NCBI GenBank assembly: GCA_031367385.1
Contig: JANLPS010000253.1
Location: 1 to 50,702, forward strand
Direction: 5' to 3'
From: Archangium sp.
GTDB lineage: Bacteria; Myxococcota; Myxococcia; Myxococcales; Myxococcaceae
DNA length: 50,702 nucleotides
A program made the translations under genes and the position numbers. How positions within the stretch are numbered: the first letter of the stretch is position 1; every line of letters begins with the position of its first letter. The notes below the pieces were generated by a model, which was not told the DNA's origin, made no database searches, and saw only the letters and a list, made by a program, of their open reading frames with translations. This document shows, piece by piece, positions 18,319 through 27,914 of the stretch.

Positions 18319-18741
18319 TCAGGACGAACGGGAGGTTTTCTTGGGTTTGACGAGCCTGACGGTGGCTCCGGCCCGCTCGAGCGCCATCGCCACGAATTGG
18401 GCCTCGACGAGCGTGCCTTCGTAGCCCACCGCCGGGAGCTTTTTCAGCGAGGCGGTGATGGCCTTCTCTTCGACGCCCTTGAGCATCGCCAACAGCTTCA
18501 CCGCGGTGGGCTTCGACTTCATCGCATCGACCCAGGTCTTCGCCGTGCCCAGCTGCGCCAGCAGCGCCTTGCGCACCCCTGGAGTCGGCAACCCGACCCC
18601 CGCCGCTTCGAACCCATGCCCGCACTCGCAGGCGAAGCGCTCTTTCCACACCAGTTGGTTGTTCGAGATCTCCTGCGTCAGCTCGATCGGCCACGCCCGT
18701 TTGCACGCCGCGCAGATTGACTCGATGGTGGCCGTGGTCAT
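18319..18741 (-). CDS. Hypothetical protein: Zn-ribbon-like N-terminus + ribosomal L7/L12 C-terminal-like domain
   Basis: CAAC...CECG; C-terminal LKKLPAVGYEGTLVEAQFVAMALERAGATVRL resembles the L7/L12 CTD. ATG 18741. Confidence 0.55.
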   Translation of the reverse strand: MTTATIESICAACKRAWPIELTQEISNNQLVWKERFACECGHGFEAAGVGLPTPGVRKALLAQLGTAKTWVDAMKSKPTAVKLLAMLKGVEEKAITASLKKLPAVGYEGTLVEAQFVAMALERAGATVRLVKPKKTSRSS

Positions 18742-18847
18742 GGGTTTCAAAGAGAATACTCTCACCGCCCGAGAGCGCCCAGTGGAGTGTCTACGTCAGG
18801 TCTCCCGGAGCGGACGGTCGCCGTGAGCCGTCTGCTGGTGCGGTGAC

Positions 18848-18863
18848 CGGCACGACCATTGCG
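18848..18863 (+). promoter_or_regulatory. Putative sigma54 (-24/-12) promoter upstream of radC
   Basis: CGGCACGACCATTGCG = GGCAC-N5-TTGC. Confidence 0.6.
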
Positions 18864-18876
18864 ATGTGGCCAGGTC

Positions 18877-19533
18877 ATGGAAACCACCAACACCCTCGGC
18901 CGGCTGAAGCACCTGGGCGCGAGAGCGCTGAGCGACGACGAGCTCATTGCCCTCGTCGTCGGGAGGCCCCTGCGGCATTCGCTGCGCGCCCTGCTGGGCG
19001 AGACGGCGCAAAACCTCCTTGAATATCGAGGGCTTTCGCCCAAGGCGGCCACCCGGCTGGTCGCCGCGTTCGAGCTGGGGCGGCGGGCGTTGCTGGCGAC
19101 CGACCCGCGACCCGTCATGCACAGCGCGAAGACGCTGGGTGACTACGCGCGCCGGCACCTGGTGACCTTGCAGCGCGAAGAGGTGCACGTGCTGTGCTTG
19201 AGCTCGCGAAATGCGCTGCTCCACCATGCCCGGGTGGCTGAAGGGTGCGTCGACCAGTGCTCGGTCGACCCGCGCGAGGTGTTCGCGCCGGCGGTGGCGA
19301 TGCGGGCGTCGGCGATCGTGCTGGTGCACAACCACCCCTCGGGCGACCCGGAGCCGTCGGTCTCCGATGTGACTCTCACCCGGCGGCTGGTCGAAGCGGG
19401 GGCGATGCTGGGCATTCGGGTGCTCGACCACCTGGTGCTGGGGCACCTGGGGTGGGTCTCCTTGGCCGAGCGGGGGCTCATCGCGCCCGGCCCGGTGCTC
19501 CGCTCGGCGATGCAAAGCGCAAGTCAGGCTTGA
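18877..19533 (+). CDS. radC: RadC-family JAB domain protein
   Basis: GARALSDDELIA, AAFELGRR, HNHPSGDPEPSVSD, GIRVLDHLV. ATG 18877. Confidence 0.93.
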   Translation: METTNTLGRLKHLGARALSDDELIALVVGRPLRHSLRALLGETAQNLLEYRGLSPKAATRLVAAFELGRRALLATDPRPVMHSAKTLGDYARRHLVTLQREEVHVLCLSSRNALLHHARVAEGCVDQCSVDPREVFAPAVAMRASAIVLVHNHPSGDPEPSVSDVTLTRRLVEAGAMLGIRVLDHLVLGHLGWVSLAERGLIAPGPVLRSAMQSASQA

Positions 19534-19557
19534 CGCTCGATCTTTTGAGGTGCACTC

Positions 19558-21603
19558 ATGCGCGCGGTGTCGGCCGAGCTCCCCTATTTGAATGAAATGA
19601 CCGTGGGGCTGAAGAAGCACTTCAACCTCGACGCGTTTCGCCCCAGGCAGGCCGAGGTCATCAGCTCGGTCATCTCGGGCCGCAACACGGTGGTGGTGAT
19701 GCCCACCGGCGCCGGCAAGTCGCTCTGCTACCAGCTGCCCGCGGTGCTGCTCGACGGGGTGACGGTGGTGGTCTCTCCGTTGATTGCGCTGATGCAAGAC
19801 CAGGTCGACGCGCTGCAAGGCAAGGGCATCTCGGCGACGCTCATCAACTCGACGCTCAGCGACGCCGAGCGGGCCGACCGGCAACGGCGCATGCGGCAGG
19901 GCGAGTACAAGATGGTGTACGTGGCGCCCGAGCGATTTCGGTCGGAGGCGTTCATCAGCGCCTTGGTCGACGCCCGCATCGCGCTCTATGCGATTGACGA
20001 GGCGCACTGCATCTCGCAGTGGGGTCACGATTTTCGCCCTGATTACGCGATGCTGGGGCAGATCAGAAAGCGCCTGCGGCCGGCGCGTACGGTGGCGTTG
20101 ACGGCGACGGCGACTCCCGAGGTGCGAGACGACATCGTTCGGGTGCTGCTGATGAAAGAGCCCGAGGTGTACGTCGCCGGGTTCGACCGGCCCAACCTGT
20201 ATCTCGACGTGCTGCAGGTCGGCGGAGACGAAGAGAAGAAGAGCGCCGTCGCCCAGCTCGACAAACAGGGCAGCGGCATCGTGTACTGCTCGACGCGCAA
20301 ACAGACCGAAGCGATTCACGACTCGCTGAAGAAGGCCCGCGTCGAGACCGTGATGTACCACGCGGGGATGGACGACGACGACCGCCGCACCGCGCAGGAG
20401 CGGTTCATGGCGGTCGAAAATTCGGTGGCGGTGGCGACCAACGCGTTCGGCATGGGCATCGACAAGCCGGGCATTCGCTTCGTGGCGCACGCGTCGATAC
20501 CGAAGGCGGTCGAGGCCTACTATCAGGAGATCGGCCGCGCGGGCCGTGACGGCAATGACGCGCACGCGGTGCTGCTGTTCAACCACGCCGACGTCTACAC
20601 GCAGGAGCGGTTGATCGCCTCGAACTTCCCCCCTGAGTCGCTGTTTCGCGACGTGTGGGACCTCTTGCGCCGGGTCGACAACTTCGATCGCGGGGTCAAC
20701 GTGCTGGCCGCGCAGCTCGGTGCCTCTGAGTTCGAGGTCTCGGCCGCGCTGCGCATTCTGGAGCGTGAAGGCGTGCTCTCGCGGGGTCATCGCGGCGAAG
20801 GGCGCTACGGCATCACCATGCTGCCCGGCGCGGTCGGCTACATGCCGCGCAGCAACGAGTCGCGGGTGTTGTTGAGCGAGCTTAAGAAGATGTTCCCCAC
20901 GGGGGCGCAGGGGTCGACCGAGCTGTACCTGCTGACCCGAAGAACCGGCCTCGACGAAGAGCGGCTGCGCCACGCGCTGACCTTGCTCGAGCGCGCGGGC
21001 ACGATGACGGTGACACGGCCCTTCTCGGGGCGAACCATCTCGGTGCTCAACCACGAGCCGTGGGACCGTGCGGGCGTCGACCTGCGGCGAATGCGCGAGC
21101 AGGAGCGGAACCAGCTGCTGCTGCTCAAGCGAATGACCGATTATGCGTACGCCAAGCGCTGCCGGCGTGCGTTCTTGATGCGCTACTTCGGTGAAGAAGT
21201 GCCCTTCGGTCAGAGCTGCGGCACCTGCGACGTGTGCCAGGGCCCGAAGTTGAAGCTCACCGGCACGAGGTCGTTGGTGGGCGCAGCGCCCCCTGGGGTC
21301 AAGGCTCCGCGGGTGTTGCCCGAGCGCTACAGCACGGTGGCCGCTGAAGAGCTCAAGCGCTGGCGGCGAGAGCTCTCGGCTGACCTGGGCGTACCGCCGT
21401 TCATCATCTTCAATGACGCCACCTTGTTCGCGCTGGCGGCGGCCCTGCCGGCCTCGCGCGACGAGTTCATGCGCGTCAAAGGCACCGGCGAATCTCGCTG
21501 GGAGCGCTTCGGGCCGAAGATTTTGCAGATTTGCGTGATGGCCCGGGCCAATGGCGACGTGCCGCAGGTCGCCGCGGTCGTACCGATTCGCCGGCGCCGC
21601 TAG
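19558..21603 (+). CDS. recQ: RecQ-family ATP-dependent DNA helicase
   Basis: MPTGAGKSLCYQLP, DEAHCISQWGHDFRPDY, ALTATA, QEIGRAGRDG, Zn-binding CRR...CGTCDVC, C-terminal HRDC. Confidence 0.95.
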   Translation: MRAVSAELPYLNEMTVGLKKHFNLDAFRPRQAEVISSVISGRNTVVVMPTGAGKSLCYQLPAVLLDGVTVVVSPLIALMQDQVDALQGKGISATLINSTLSDAERADRQRRMRQGEYKMVYVAPERFRSEAFISALVDARIALYAIDEAHCISQWGHDFRPDYAMLGQIRKRLRPARTVALTATATPEVRDDIVRVLLMKEPEVYVAGFDRPNLYLDVLQVGGDEEKKSAVAQLDKQGSGIVYCSTRKQTEAIHDSLKKARVETVMYHAGMDDDDRRTAQERFMAVENSVAVATNAFGMGIDKPGIRFVAHASIPKAVEAYYQEIGRAGRDGNDAHAVLLFNHADVYTQERLIASNFPPESLFRDVWDLLRRVDNFDRGVNVLAAQLGASEFEVSAALRILEREGVLSRGHRGEGRYGITMLPGAVGYMPRSNESRVLLSELKKMFPTGAQGSTELYLLTRRTGLDEERLRHALTLLERAGTMTVTRPFSGRTISVLNHEPWDRAGVDLRRMREQERNQLLLLKRMTDYAYAKRCRRAFLMRYFGEEVPFGQSCGTCDVCQGPKLKLTGTRSLVGAAPPGVKAPRVLPERYSTVAAEELKRWRRELSADLGVPPFIIFNDATLFALAAALPASRDEFMRVKGTGESRWERFGPKILQICVMARANGDVPQVAAVVPIRRRR

Positions 21604-21739
21604 AACGTGCCGCCGGTGTCAGCTGCGAGTATCTGCGGGCCCATGCGTTCGGTAGAGCTGCTCGACATCGACGGCCACTTTCGTTTCTTTCTTTCGCGGG
21701 TTCGTCTGCTTGAACACCGGGTCAGAGTGAAACTGTCAC

Positions 21740-22087
21740 TTACGATGCGCGACGTCGTTGAACCCAGGTCACCAGCCACATGCCCGAGCCGACTGAGAGC
21801 CCGAGCGCGAAGATGATCACCACCACCGTCGCACCGTAGAGCAACCGCACCTGGGTATCGGTCAGCTCCTGATTGACCCAGGCCCGCTGCAACGAGGGAA
21901 AGAGGCCGAAGAACTGCAGCACTCCGGCTGGAAAGAGCTCGAGTGATTTGGAGACCCGCTCGGCCCACCGCGCCCCGGTCGCCCGGCGCAGCAGCTCGAT
22001 GCCAGTCGCCAGCACCAGATAGAAGGCCGAGAGCACCGTCGCGTTGGTGAGGCTGATGCGAAAAATCGCGATGCGGGCCTGCGTCAC
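21740..22087 (-). CDS. Hypothetical membrane protein (2 TM)
   Basis: GTG start overlaps the TGA of the TPR gene; two hydrophobic helices. Confidence 0.7.
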   Translation of the reverse strand: MTQARIAIFRISLTNATVLSAFYLVLATGIELLRRATGARWAERVSKSLELFPAGVLQFFGLFPSLQRAWVNQELTDTQVRLLYGATVVVIIFALGLSVGSGMWLVTWVQRRRAS

Positions 22088-25000
22088 TTGAGCTGTTTCT
22101 TCAGGGCGAGCACGGTCTTGCGAGCGCGGGCCACGTCGGCGTCGTTCTGGCTCAAGGTGAGCACGGCTTCGTATTCGGGCAGCGCGCGGGCGACGTTCTC
22201 ACCCCCGGCATGCACCAGCTGGTCGGCGTAGCCGAGGCGGGCGGTCGACCACGAGCCATCGAACTCGGCCGCCTTGCCATACGCCTCGAGGGCCTTGGCG
22301 TCGTTCTTCATCTTCTTCGATGCCTCACCCAGCGCAAACCAGGCGGCCGCCGAGGCAGGCGCGGTCTGCGTCGCGTCTTCGGCCATCGCCTGCGCACCCT
22401 TCAGGTCTTTCTCTTCGATCATCACCCGGGCCAGCGCGGCCTGCGCGAAGCCCTTGTCCCATGAATTGATTGCGGTTTTGAGCAGCGCCGCGAGCTCTTC
22501 ATGCGGCGTCGGCTTCGAGCCGCGGGCGGTGGGGCGCGCGTGGTACGGCCCGGCCTGGCCGCAGAACGACTTCGGGTCTTCACGCCGCGCGGCCTCGTAG
22601 GCCTTGAGCGCCACGTCGTTGTTGCCCTGCCGCACGTAGGCGTTGCCGATTTCGCAGAAGGTGTCGGCGTCTTTGGCGTTGAGCTTGTTGGCGCGCTCGA
22701 GGGCCGCGAAGGCGTTCTTCGCGTCGGCCCGGGCGAAGAGAATCTGGGCCTTCAGGCGCCACCCGTCGACGTCGTCGGAGTCGGGCTTGACGCCCTTGGC
22801 GATGGCGGCCTCGGCGTCTTTTGTGCGGCCGACGTGAAAGTAGACGAAGGCGGCGTCTTTCCACGCCAGGTCGAGCGCGGGGTTGTCGAGCGTCCACGCG
22901 TCGACCTGCTTCACGGCGTCGGCCCAGCGGCCCATCGCGGTGTAGGTGCGCGCCAGCAAGTGCCGAGCGGGGGCGTGGCTGCCGTTGCGTTCGACGGCTC
23001 GGGTCAGCGGCTCGAGCGCGACCTCGAAGGGCAACCCGGCGTTGAGCAGCAGCTCCGCCAGCTGGGTGTTCGCCTCGTAGTCTTGCGGGTCTTTCGACGC
23101 CTCTTCGAGCTGGGCGCGCGCCTTGTCGAGCATGTTGCGCTGCATGTACAGGCGGGCGAGGGCCAGCTGCACGGTGGCCTTGTTGCGCTTGGTCTGGCTG
23201 GCGAATTTCTCGAGCTGCTGCAACGACTTGTCACCCTGTTCTTCAGACGCATTGGCGATGGCCAGGTACACCGCGGCCTCGGCGGGGTACCGGCCGCTGA
23301 CCTGGGTCTTGTCGAGCTCGACGCGGGCTTTCTTGAAGTCTCCCAGGCGGGTCAAGGCGATGCCGCGCACCAGGCTCACCCGCTTGGCGTCAGCCTCGGG
23401 CTTGAGGCGCTCGAGCAGCTCTTTCTCGCGGCTGCGGGCGAGCAGCACCCGGCCAAGACCTTCTTTGGCCTCTTCACGCTTGGTGTCGAGGGCGAGCGCG
23501 GCTTCGAATGACTTCTGCGCCCGATCCATCTGGCCGGCGTTGCGAAAGGCCTGACCCAGCGCCATGTCGTACTCGAAAGGCTGTTCGGGGTGCGCGGCGA
23601 GGCCCTCGTTCAGGGTCTTGAGGGCTTGTTCGTGCTTGCCGTTGGCCGATTGGGCTTCACCCAACACGAGGGCGAAGCGGCCGGAGTCTTTCGCGGAGAC
23701 GGTGGCGTTGCCCTCGAGGCCCTCGAGGTCGGCGAGCGCCTCGGGCACCTCGCGGTTGAGCTCGAGCCTGGCCTGGGCGAGGCCCATCACGCGGCGGGGG
23801 TGGTACTTTGAGAGCTGCTCGGCGGTGCCTCCGAGAATCGAGATCGCGTTCTCGAAGTCATTCGAGGCCAGGTAGTAGTCGCCCAGCAGTACCAGCGCGC
23901 GCACGTTCTTCGGGTTCAGGTCGACGGCCTTTGAGAGCTTCTTGAACGCGTCATCGAGCTTCTTGTCAGCGAGCAACACCTGGCCCGCCTGGGTGAGCAC
24001 CGCGCTCTTCTCGAGGGTCGAGCCGAGCAGCTGCTGGCGCGCGGCGGTGAGGCCCGCTTCGTCGGTGGTGAGAAAATCGACCACCGCAGCGAGGTCGGCA
24101 AATTGGGCGCGCACGTCGGGTTTGCTGATGGCGGTGAGTGCGGCGTTTCGCTCGCCATCGCCGCCGGCATGCTCGGCGAAGAGCATCGCGTGGGCGTAGG
24201 CAGAAAAGGCCCACGACTCGGCGCTGCTGTCGTCCATCGTCTGGGCCTCTTGCATCGAGCGCAGGCCATCGAGGTACTGCTCTTTGGTGTCTGCGTTGAT
24301 CGCCGCTTCACCCTTGGCGAGGGTGGTGCCGAGGTTTTTGCCCTGATGCGAATAGTACTTCGTGTACCAAATCGAGCCCCCGCCGACGCCGAGCACGACG
24401 ACGGTCGCGGCGATGACCGCCAGCTTGAACCCGTGCTTCTGCAAGAAGGTCTTCTTCTTGGTATTCGCCTCGAGCTTGGCGCGAAGCTCTTGCTCGTATT
24501 CTTTGGCGATGGCCTCGGTGGCCTGCGCAGAGAAGGTCGAGCTGCGCGACTGCTCAGCGGCCGGCGCCTCGTCAGGAATGTCGTCGAGCAACCCGCCACC
24601 GAAGGCCGAAGGCTGGTTCGGCATCAGGGTGGGGGCAGAGAGGGCGGCCTTGGTTTCTCCGGTCGGTATCTCTGACTGCGCGGAGACGATTTCGTCGAGC
24701 AGCCGGCCCGACTGCGAGGCCGAAGAAGGGCGTGGCGTGGGCTGCGAGGTGACGGGTGCATCACCCACCGGCGTGAGCATCGGCGGCCCATCTGGCGAGA
24801 GGTGGTTCGCGCGTTGACCCGCCGGAGCGATGCCCGGGGCGACGCTCGGCAAGGGCGTACCACCGGGCTGATCGAGCGCCTCGAAGGTGCTGGTCAGGCC
24901 GCGAAAGGTCTCGTTCTGCGGGGCGGGCGCTTGAGGGACCATCGCGCTGAACGGGTCAGGCGCGTCAGCGGAGATTTCGACCGAGCCGACTACCACGGGC

Positions 25001-25941
25001 AGCTCTTGCTGCGAGGGCGACATTGGGCTTGAGGTATCGGTGTTCGCGCTCGCGTGAATTCGAGGCATGTGCGACGCAGAGACCGGCTCGTCGAGCAGCG
25101 GCACCGGCGGGCCGAGGCGGTTGTCGTAGGCAAGCGGCCCCGAATTGAAGGCCGAGAAGAGCTGCTTCGAGGTCGCCGTGGGTATTTCGGTCGTGACCGA
25201 CATCTCGGTCTCGTTGGCGATGGCCCGCTCGCGCTCTTTTTCAGGCACGTAGGCCTGCATGATGACGGTGGGTTCGCTGGTGAGGTCGGTGCCGGTATTC
25301 GGCCCCGCGAAGACATCGAACGGCGGCTGCGAGACGGCCGGCATCTCGTGCAGGCTGGGTATCGGGGCCATCGAGGGCGCGGCGACGGTGGGGGCCTCAT
25401 CGCCGTAGTCCATCGGGGCCGTGCGGGGGGCCGAGGGCTGGGTCTTTGACGCCACGTCGAGTGGCGCTCCGGTGCGCTCATCGAGGGGGCGGGTCTCGAC
25501 GGTGGTGTTGTCGTACAGCACCGGAGCGGGGCCTCCGGTCAGCGCGGTGCGGGTCTGCTCGAGCCACTGGGTGATGCGGCCGTCATTGGGTTGCAGCTGG
25601 GCGGCCTTGCGCAGAATCGGGAGCGCCGAGCGGTAGAGCCCTTTGCGCAGCAGCACTTCGCCGATGAGGTTGTAGGCGTGGGGGTTCTCTTTATCGATGC
25701 TGGTGGCGAGGTCGAACTGCTTCATCGCCTCGGCGGCGCGGCCCACGTTGATGAGCCCCTTGCCCCACAGCACCCGGCCGACGACTGAGCTTGGGTGGTG
25801 CACGCAGCCCTGCTGGCAGAGCGAGATGGCCTTCTCGTTGTCACCACGCTCCAAGTACGCGCGCGCAAGCTCGACGAAGACGGTCGAGGTCGGGTCCTGC
25901 GCAAGCATCTGCTCGTACTTCTCGACCATCGACTTGGACAT
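22084..25941 (-). CDS. Large bitopic TPR protein
   Basis: N-terminal TPRs, Pro/Ser/Thr-rich linker, one TM helix (LAVIAATVVVLGVGGGSIWY), long C-terminal TPR array. Confidence 0.88.
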   Translation of the reverse strand: MSKSMVEKYEQMLAQDPTSTVFVELARAYLERGDNEKAISLCQQGCVHHPSSVVGRVLWGKGLINVGRAAEAMKQFDLATSIDKENPHAYNLIGEVLLRKGLYRSALPILRKAAQLQPNDGRITQWLEQTRTALTGGPAPVLYDNTTVETRPLDERTGAPLDVASKTQPSAPRTAPMDYGDEAPTVAAPSMAPIPSLHEMPAVSQPPFDVFAGPNTGTDLTSEPTVIMQAYVPEKERERAIANETEMSVTTEIPTATSKQLFSAFNSGPLAYDNRLGPPVPLLDEPVSASHMPRIHASANTDTSSPMSPSQQELPVVVGSVEISADAPDPFSAMVPQAPAPQNETFRGLTSTFEALDQPGGTPLPSVAPGIAPAGQRANHLSPDGPPMLTPVGDAPVTSQPTPRPSSASQSGRLLDEIVSAQSEIPTGETKAALSAPTLMPNQPSAFGGGLLDDIPDEAPAAEQSRSSTFSAQATEAIAKEYEQELRAKLEANTKKKTFLQKHGFKLAVIAATVVVLGVGGGSIWYTKYYSHQGKNLGTTLAKGEAAINADTKEQYLDGLRSMQEAQTMDDSSAESWAFSAYAHAMLFAEHAGGDGERNAALTAISKPDVRAQFADLAAVVDFLTTDEAGLTAARQQLLGSTLEKSAVLTQAGQVLLADKKLDDAFKKLSKAVDLNPKNVRALVLLGDYYLASNDFENAISILGGTAEQLSKYHPRRVMGLAQARLELNREVPEALADLEGLEGNATVSAKDSGRFALVLGEAQSANGKHEQALKTLNEGLAAHPEQPFEYDMALGQAFRNAGQMDRAQKSFEAALALDTKREEAKEGLGRVLLARSREKELLERLKPEADAKRVSLVRGIALTRLGDFKKARVELDKTQVSGRYPAEAAVYLAIANASEEQGDKSLQQLEKFASQTKRNKATVQLALARLYMQRNMLDKARAQLEEASKDPQDYEANTQLAELLLNAGLPFEVALEPLTRAVERNGSHAPARHLLARTYTAMGRWADAVKQVDAWTLDNPALDLAWKDAAFVYFHVGRTKDAEAAIAKGVKPDSDDVDGWRLKAQILFARADAKNAFAALERANKLNAKDADTFCEIGNAYVRQGNNDVALKAYEAARREDPKSFCGQAGPYHARPTARGSKPTPHEELAALLKTAINSWDKGFAQAALARVMIEEKDLKGAQAMAEDATQTAPASAAAWFALGEASKKMKNDAKALEAYGKAAEFDGSWSTARLGYADQLVHAGGENVARALPEYEAVLTLSQNDADVARARKTVLALKKQLK

Positions 25942-26009
25942 AGAGAGCGGTTTTTCAGCCTTTCGAACGGTGCGCGACCTTACACAAGGTGAGTGCTACC
26001 GTCGCGTGC

Positions 26010-26462
26010 ATGCTGCGTCACGTCGCGATTGTGCTGTGCCTGCTGAATTCGGCCTGTGCCACCTTCTGGGCCAAGGGCGACTTGGAAGAGCTCAAGCCCG
26101 CCATCGAGTCATTTCACCAGAAGCTGCGGTGGAAAGACTTTCGAGTCGCCGCCGAGGGCATCGTGCCCGAGCGCCGAGAGAGCTTCATCAAGGCGCGCAC
26201 CAAGACCAACGATGAGCGCGACCTGTTCATCACCGATTTTCAGCTCGAAGACGCCAAGACGTCTGACGACCAGACCAAGGCTCACGCGGTCTCGAAATTG
26301 TCGTGGTACCGGCTCCCGTCGACCAGTGAGCAGACCGCGACCATCACCAGCCTCTACGTCTGGCGCGACAAGCGGTGGCTGCTCGAGAGCCAAGACTCGG
26401 GGCCCTTTCCCGACATGCTGGGGGCGCCGCCGCTGCCGCCTCCTGCTGCCGTGAGTCAGTAG
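26010..26462 (+). CDS. Hypothetical lipoprotein
   Basis: ATG 26010, MLRHVAIVLCLLNSAC lipobox-like; divergent from the TPR gene. Confidence 0.72.
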   Translation: MLRHVAIVLCLLNSACATFWAKGDLEELKPAIESFHQKLRWKDFRVAAEGIVPERRESFIKARTKTNDERDLFITDFQLEDAKTSDDQTKAHAVSKLSWYRLPSTSEQTATITSLYVWRDKRWLLESQDSGPFPDMLGAPPLPPPAAVSQ

Positions 26463-27629
26463 GTGGGGGCGCTGCTGCTGGCGGCGGTGCTGGCCGCGAC
26501 CCCGTTGGAGGCGGCGCGCGAGGCGGCGGCCAAGGAGCCGACCCGGCCGCGCATGGTGCTCGCGCTTGTGCACGAGCAGGCGGTGGGTGGCGCGCTCGAT
26601 GAGGTGCCGGCGACCCTGGAGCGGTTGGCGGCGATGGGGCTGGTCTTTGCGATTGAAGACGAGCCCGAATTCGCGGCGATTCGAGAGACTGCGGCATTTC
26701 GGGCCGTGGCGGCGCACTTCGCGAAGAACCGGGCGGCGGTGCAGGGGTCGGCTTCGGTGGTGTTCACGCTGCAGGGCCCCGAGCTGGTCGAGGGCGTTGC
26801 CTATGACGCGGCTCGGCACCGGTACCTGGTCGGCAGCGTGCGGCACCACAAGATCATCGCGGTCGATTCGGCCGGAGTGGCGAGCGATTTCACCGCTGAA
26901 GGGCTCGACATCGGCGGCGTCTTTGGGTTGGCGCTCGATGCGAAGCGCGGTGTGCTCTGGGCGACCACGGCGTGGTTGCCGCAGGTCGAAGGGTTCACCG
27001 CACAGAAGACGGGCCTGCTCAAGTTCGACGTCAAGACCGGGGCGCTGGTTGGCAGTTGGTGGCTGCCCGGGGGCCATGTGCTGGGTGACGTGGTGGTCTC
27101 GCCGAGCGGAGACGCCTACGCGTCAGACAGCCGCAGCCAGACGACGCCGCCCTCGATTTACCGGCTCGAAAAAGGGGCGTTGGTCGAGTGGGTGACGGGG
27201 CCGTTTCGCTCGCTGCAGGGCATGGCGTGGGCTGGCGGGCGAATGTACGTGGCCGATTATGCGCTCGGGCTGTTCGCGGTTGATGGCAAGAAAGTGACGG
27301 CGCTGAAGACGCCGCTCGATGTCGCGACGGTTGGCATCGATGGGTTGTATTTCGCGAACGGTACGCTAGTGGCGACGCAGAACGGCATCTCGCCGCAGCG
27401 GGTGATTCAGTTTTCGCTCGACTCGACCGGGCTCAAGGTCGTGGGCCAGAGAGTGCTGCTGGTGGGTGACGCTCGCGCCGACGACTTGTCGCTGGGCGTG
27501 GTGGTGGGCAAGTACTTGATCGTCAACGGCCACAGCGGCTGGTCGGCGTTCGAAGACGACGGCAAGGTGACTGGCGCGTTCAAGCCGAGCCCGTTCCTGT
27601 CGATTCCACTCACCTCCCCGACGCCGTGA
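26463..27629 (+). CDS. Secreted SMP-30/gluconolactonase-like beta-propeller protein
   Basis: Signal peptide; blade motifs EGVAYD, FGLALD, GDVVVSPSGDAYASDS, QGMAW, GIDGL. Confidence 0.75.
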   Translation: MGALLLAAVLAATPLEAAREAAAKEPTRPRMVLALVHEQAVGGALDEVPATLERLAAMGLVFAIEDEPEFAAIRETAAFRAVAAHFAKNRAAVQGSASVVFTLQGPELVEGVAYDAARHRYLVGSVRHHKIIAVDSAGVASDFTAEGLDIGGVFGLALDAKRGVLWATTAWLPQVEGFTAQKTGLLKFDVKTGALVGSWWLPGGHVLGDVVVSPSGDAYASDSRSQTTPPSIYRLEKGALVEWVTGPFRSLQGMAWAGGRMYVADYALGLFAVDGKKVTALKTPLDVATVGIDGLYFANGTLVATQNGISPQRVIQFSLDSTGLKVVGQRVLLVGDARADDLSLGVVVGKYLIVNGHSGWSAFEDDGKVTGAFKPSPFLSIPLTSPTP

Positions 27630-27892
27630 AAAATTTTCTGAGCCGCGTCGAGCTGATCGCGTTGATGCAATCGCTGCCTCCGGTGGTTCGCGTCGATCGC
27701 GTGCGGCCTCACAACCGCGGCGAGATTCGAAAGACGGTGGAGATGCCCGCTGCGGAGCTCAGCGCCTTGGTGTTGAATTCATTCGACGAAGGGCATCAGC
27801 CGGGCGGCGATCTCGAGGTCATCGTGGGGCACGAGCGCTTGGTCGGGCACCACGATGGCGTGTACTGGCTCGAGCCCGTGAATACGCCGTGA
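27626..27892 (+). CDS. Hypothetical protein
   Basis: GTGA overlap with the upstream stop; fills the gap between co-oriented genes. Confidence 0.55.
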   Translation: MKNFLSRVELIALMQSLPPVVRVDRVRPHNRGEIRKTVEMPAAELSALVLNSFDEGHQPGGDLEVIVGHERLVGHHDGVYWLEPVNTP

Positions 27893-27914
27893 GCCGCTGC
27901 GTCGAAGGGGCCCC

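Noticed and set aside
18877..19533. radC as a marker of a mobile element
   Set aside because: Carries the N-terminal region of the chromosomal type and lies beside recQ; no integrase, transposase or att-like repeats in the window.
18796..21054. 752 aa - strand ORF
   Set aside because: Antisense shadow of radC/recQ; Arg/His-rich with no motifs, as expected in high-GC DNA.
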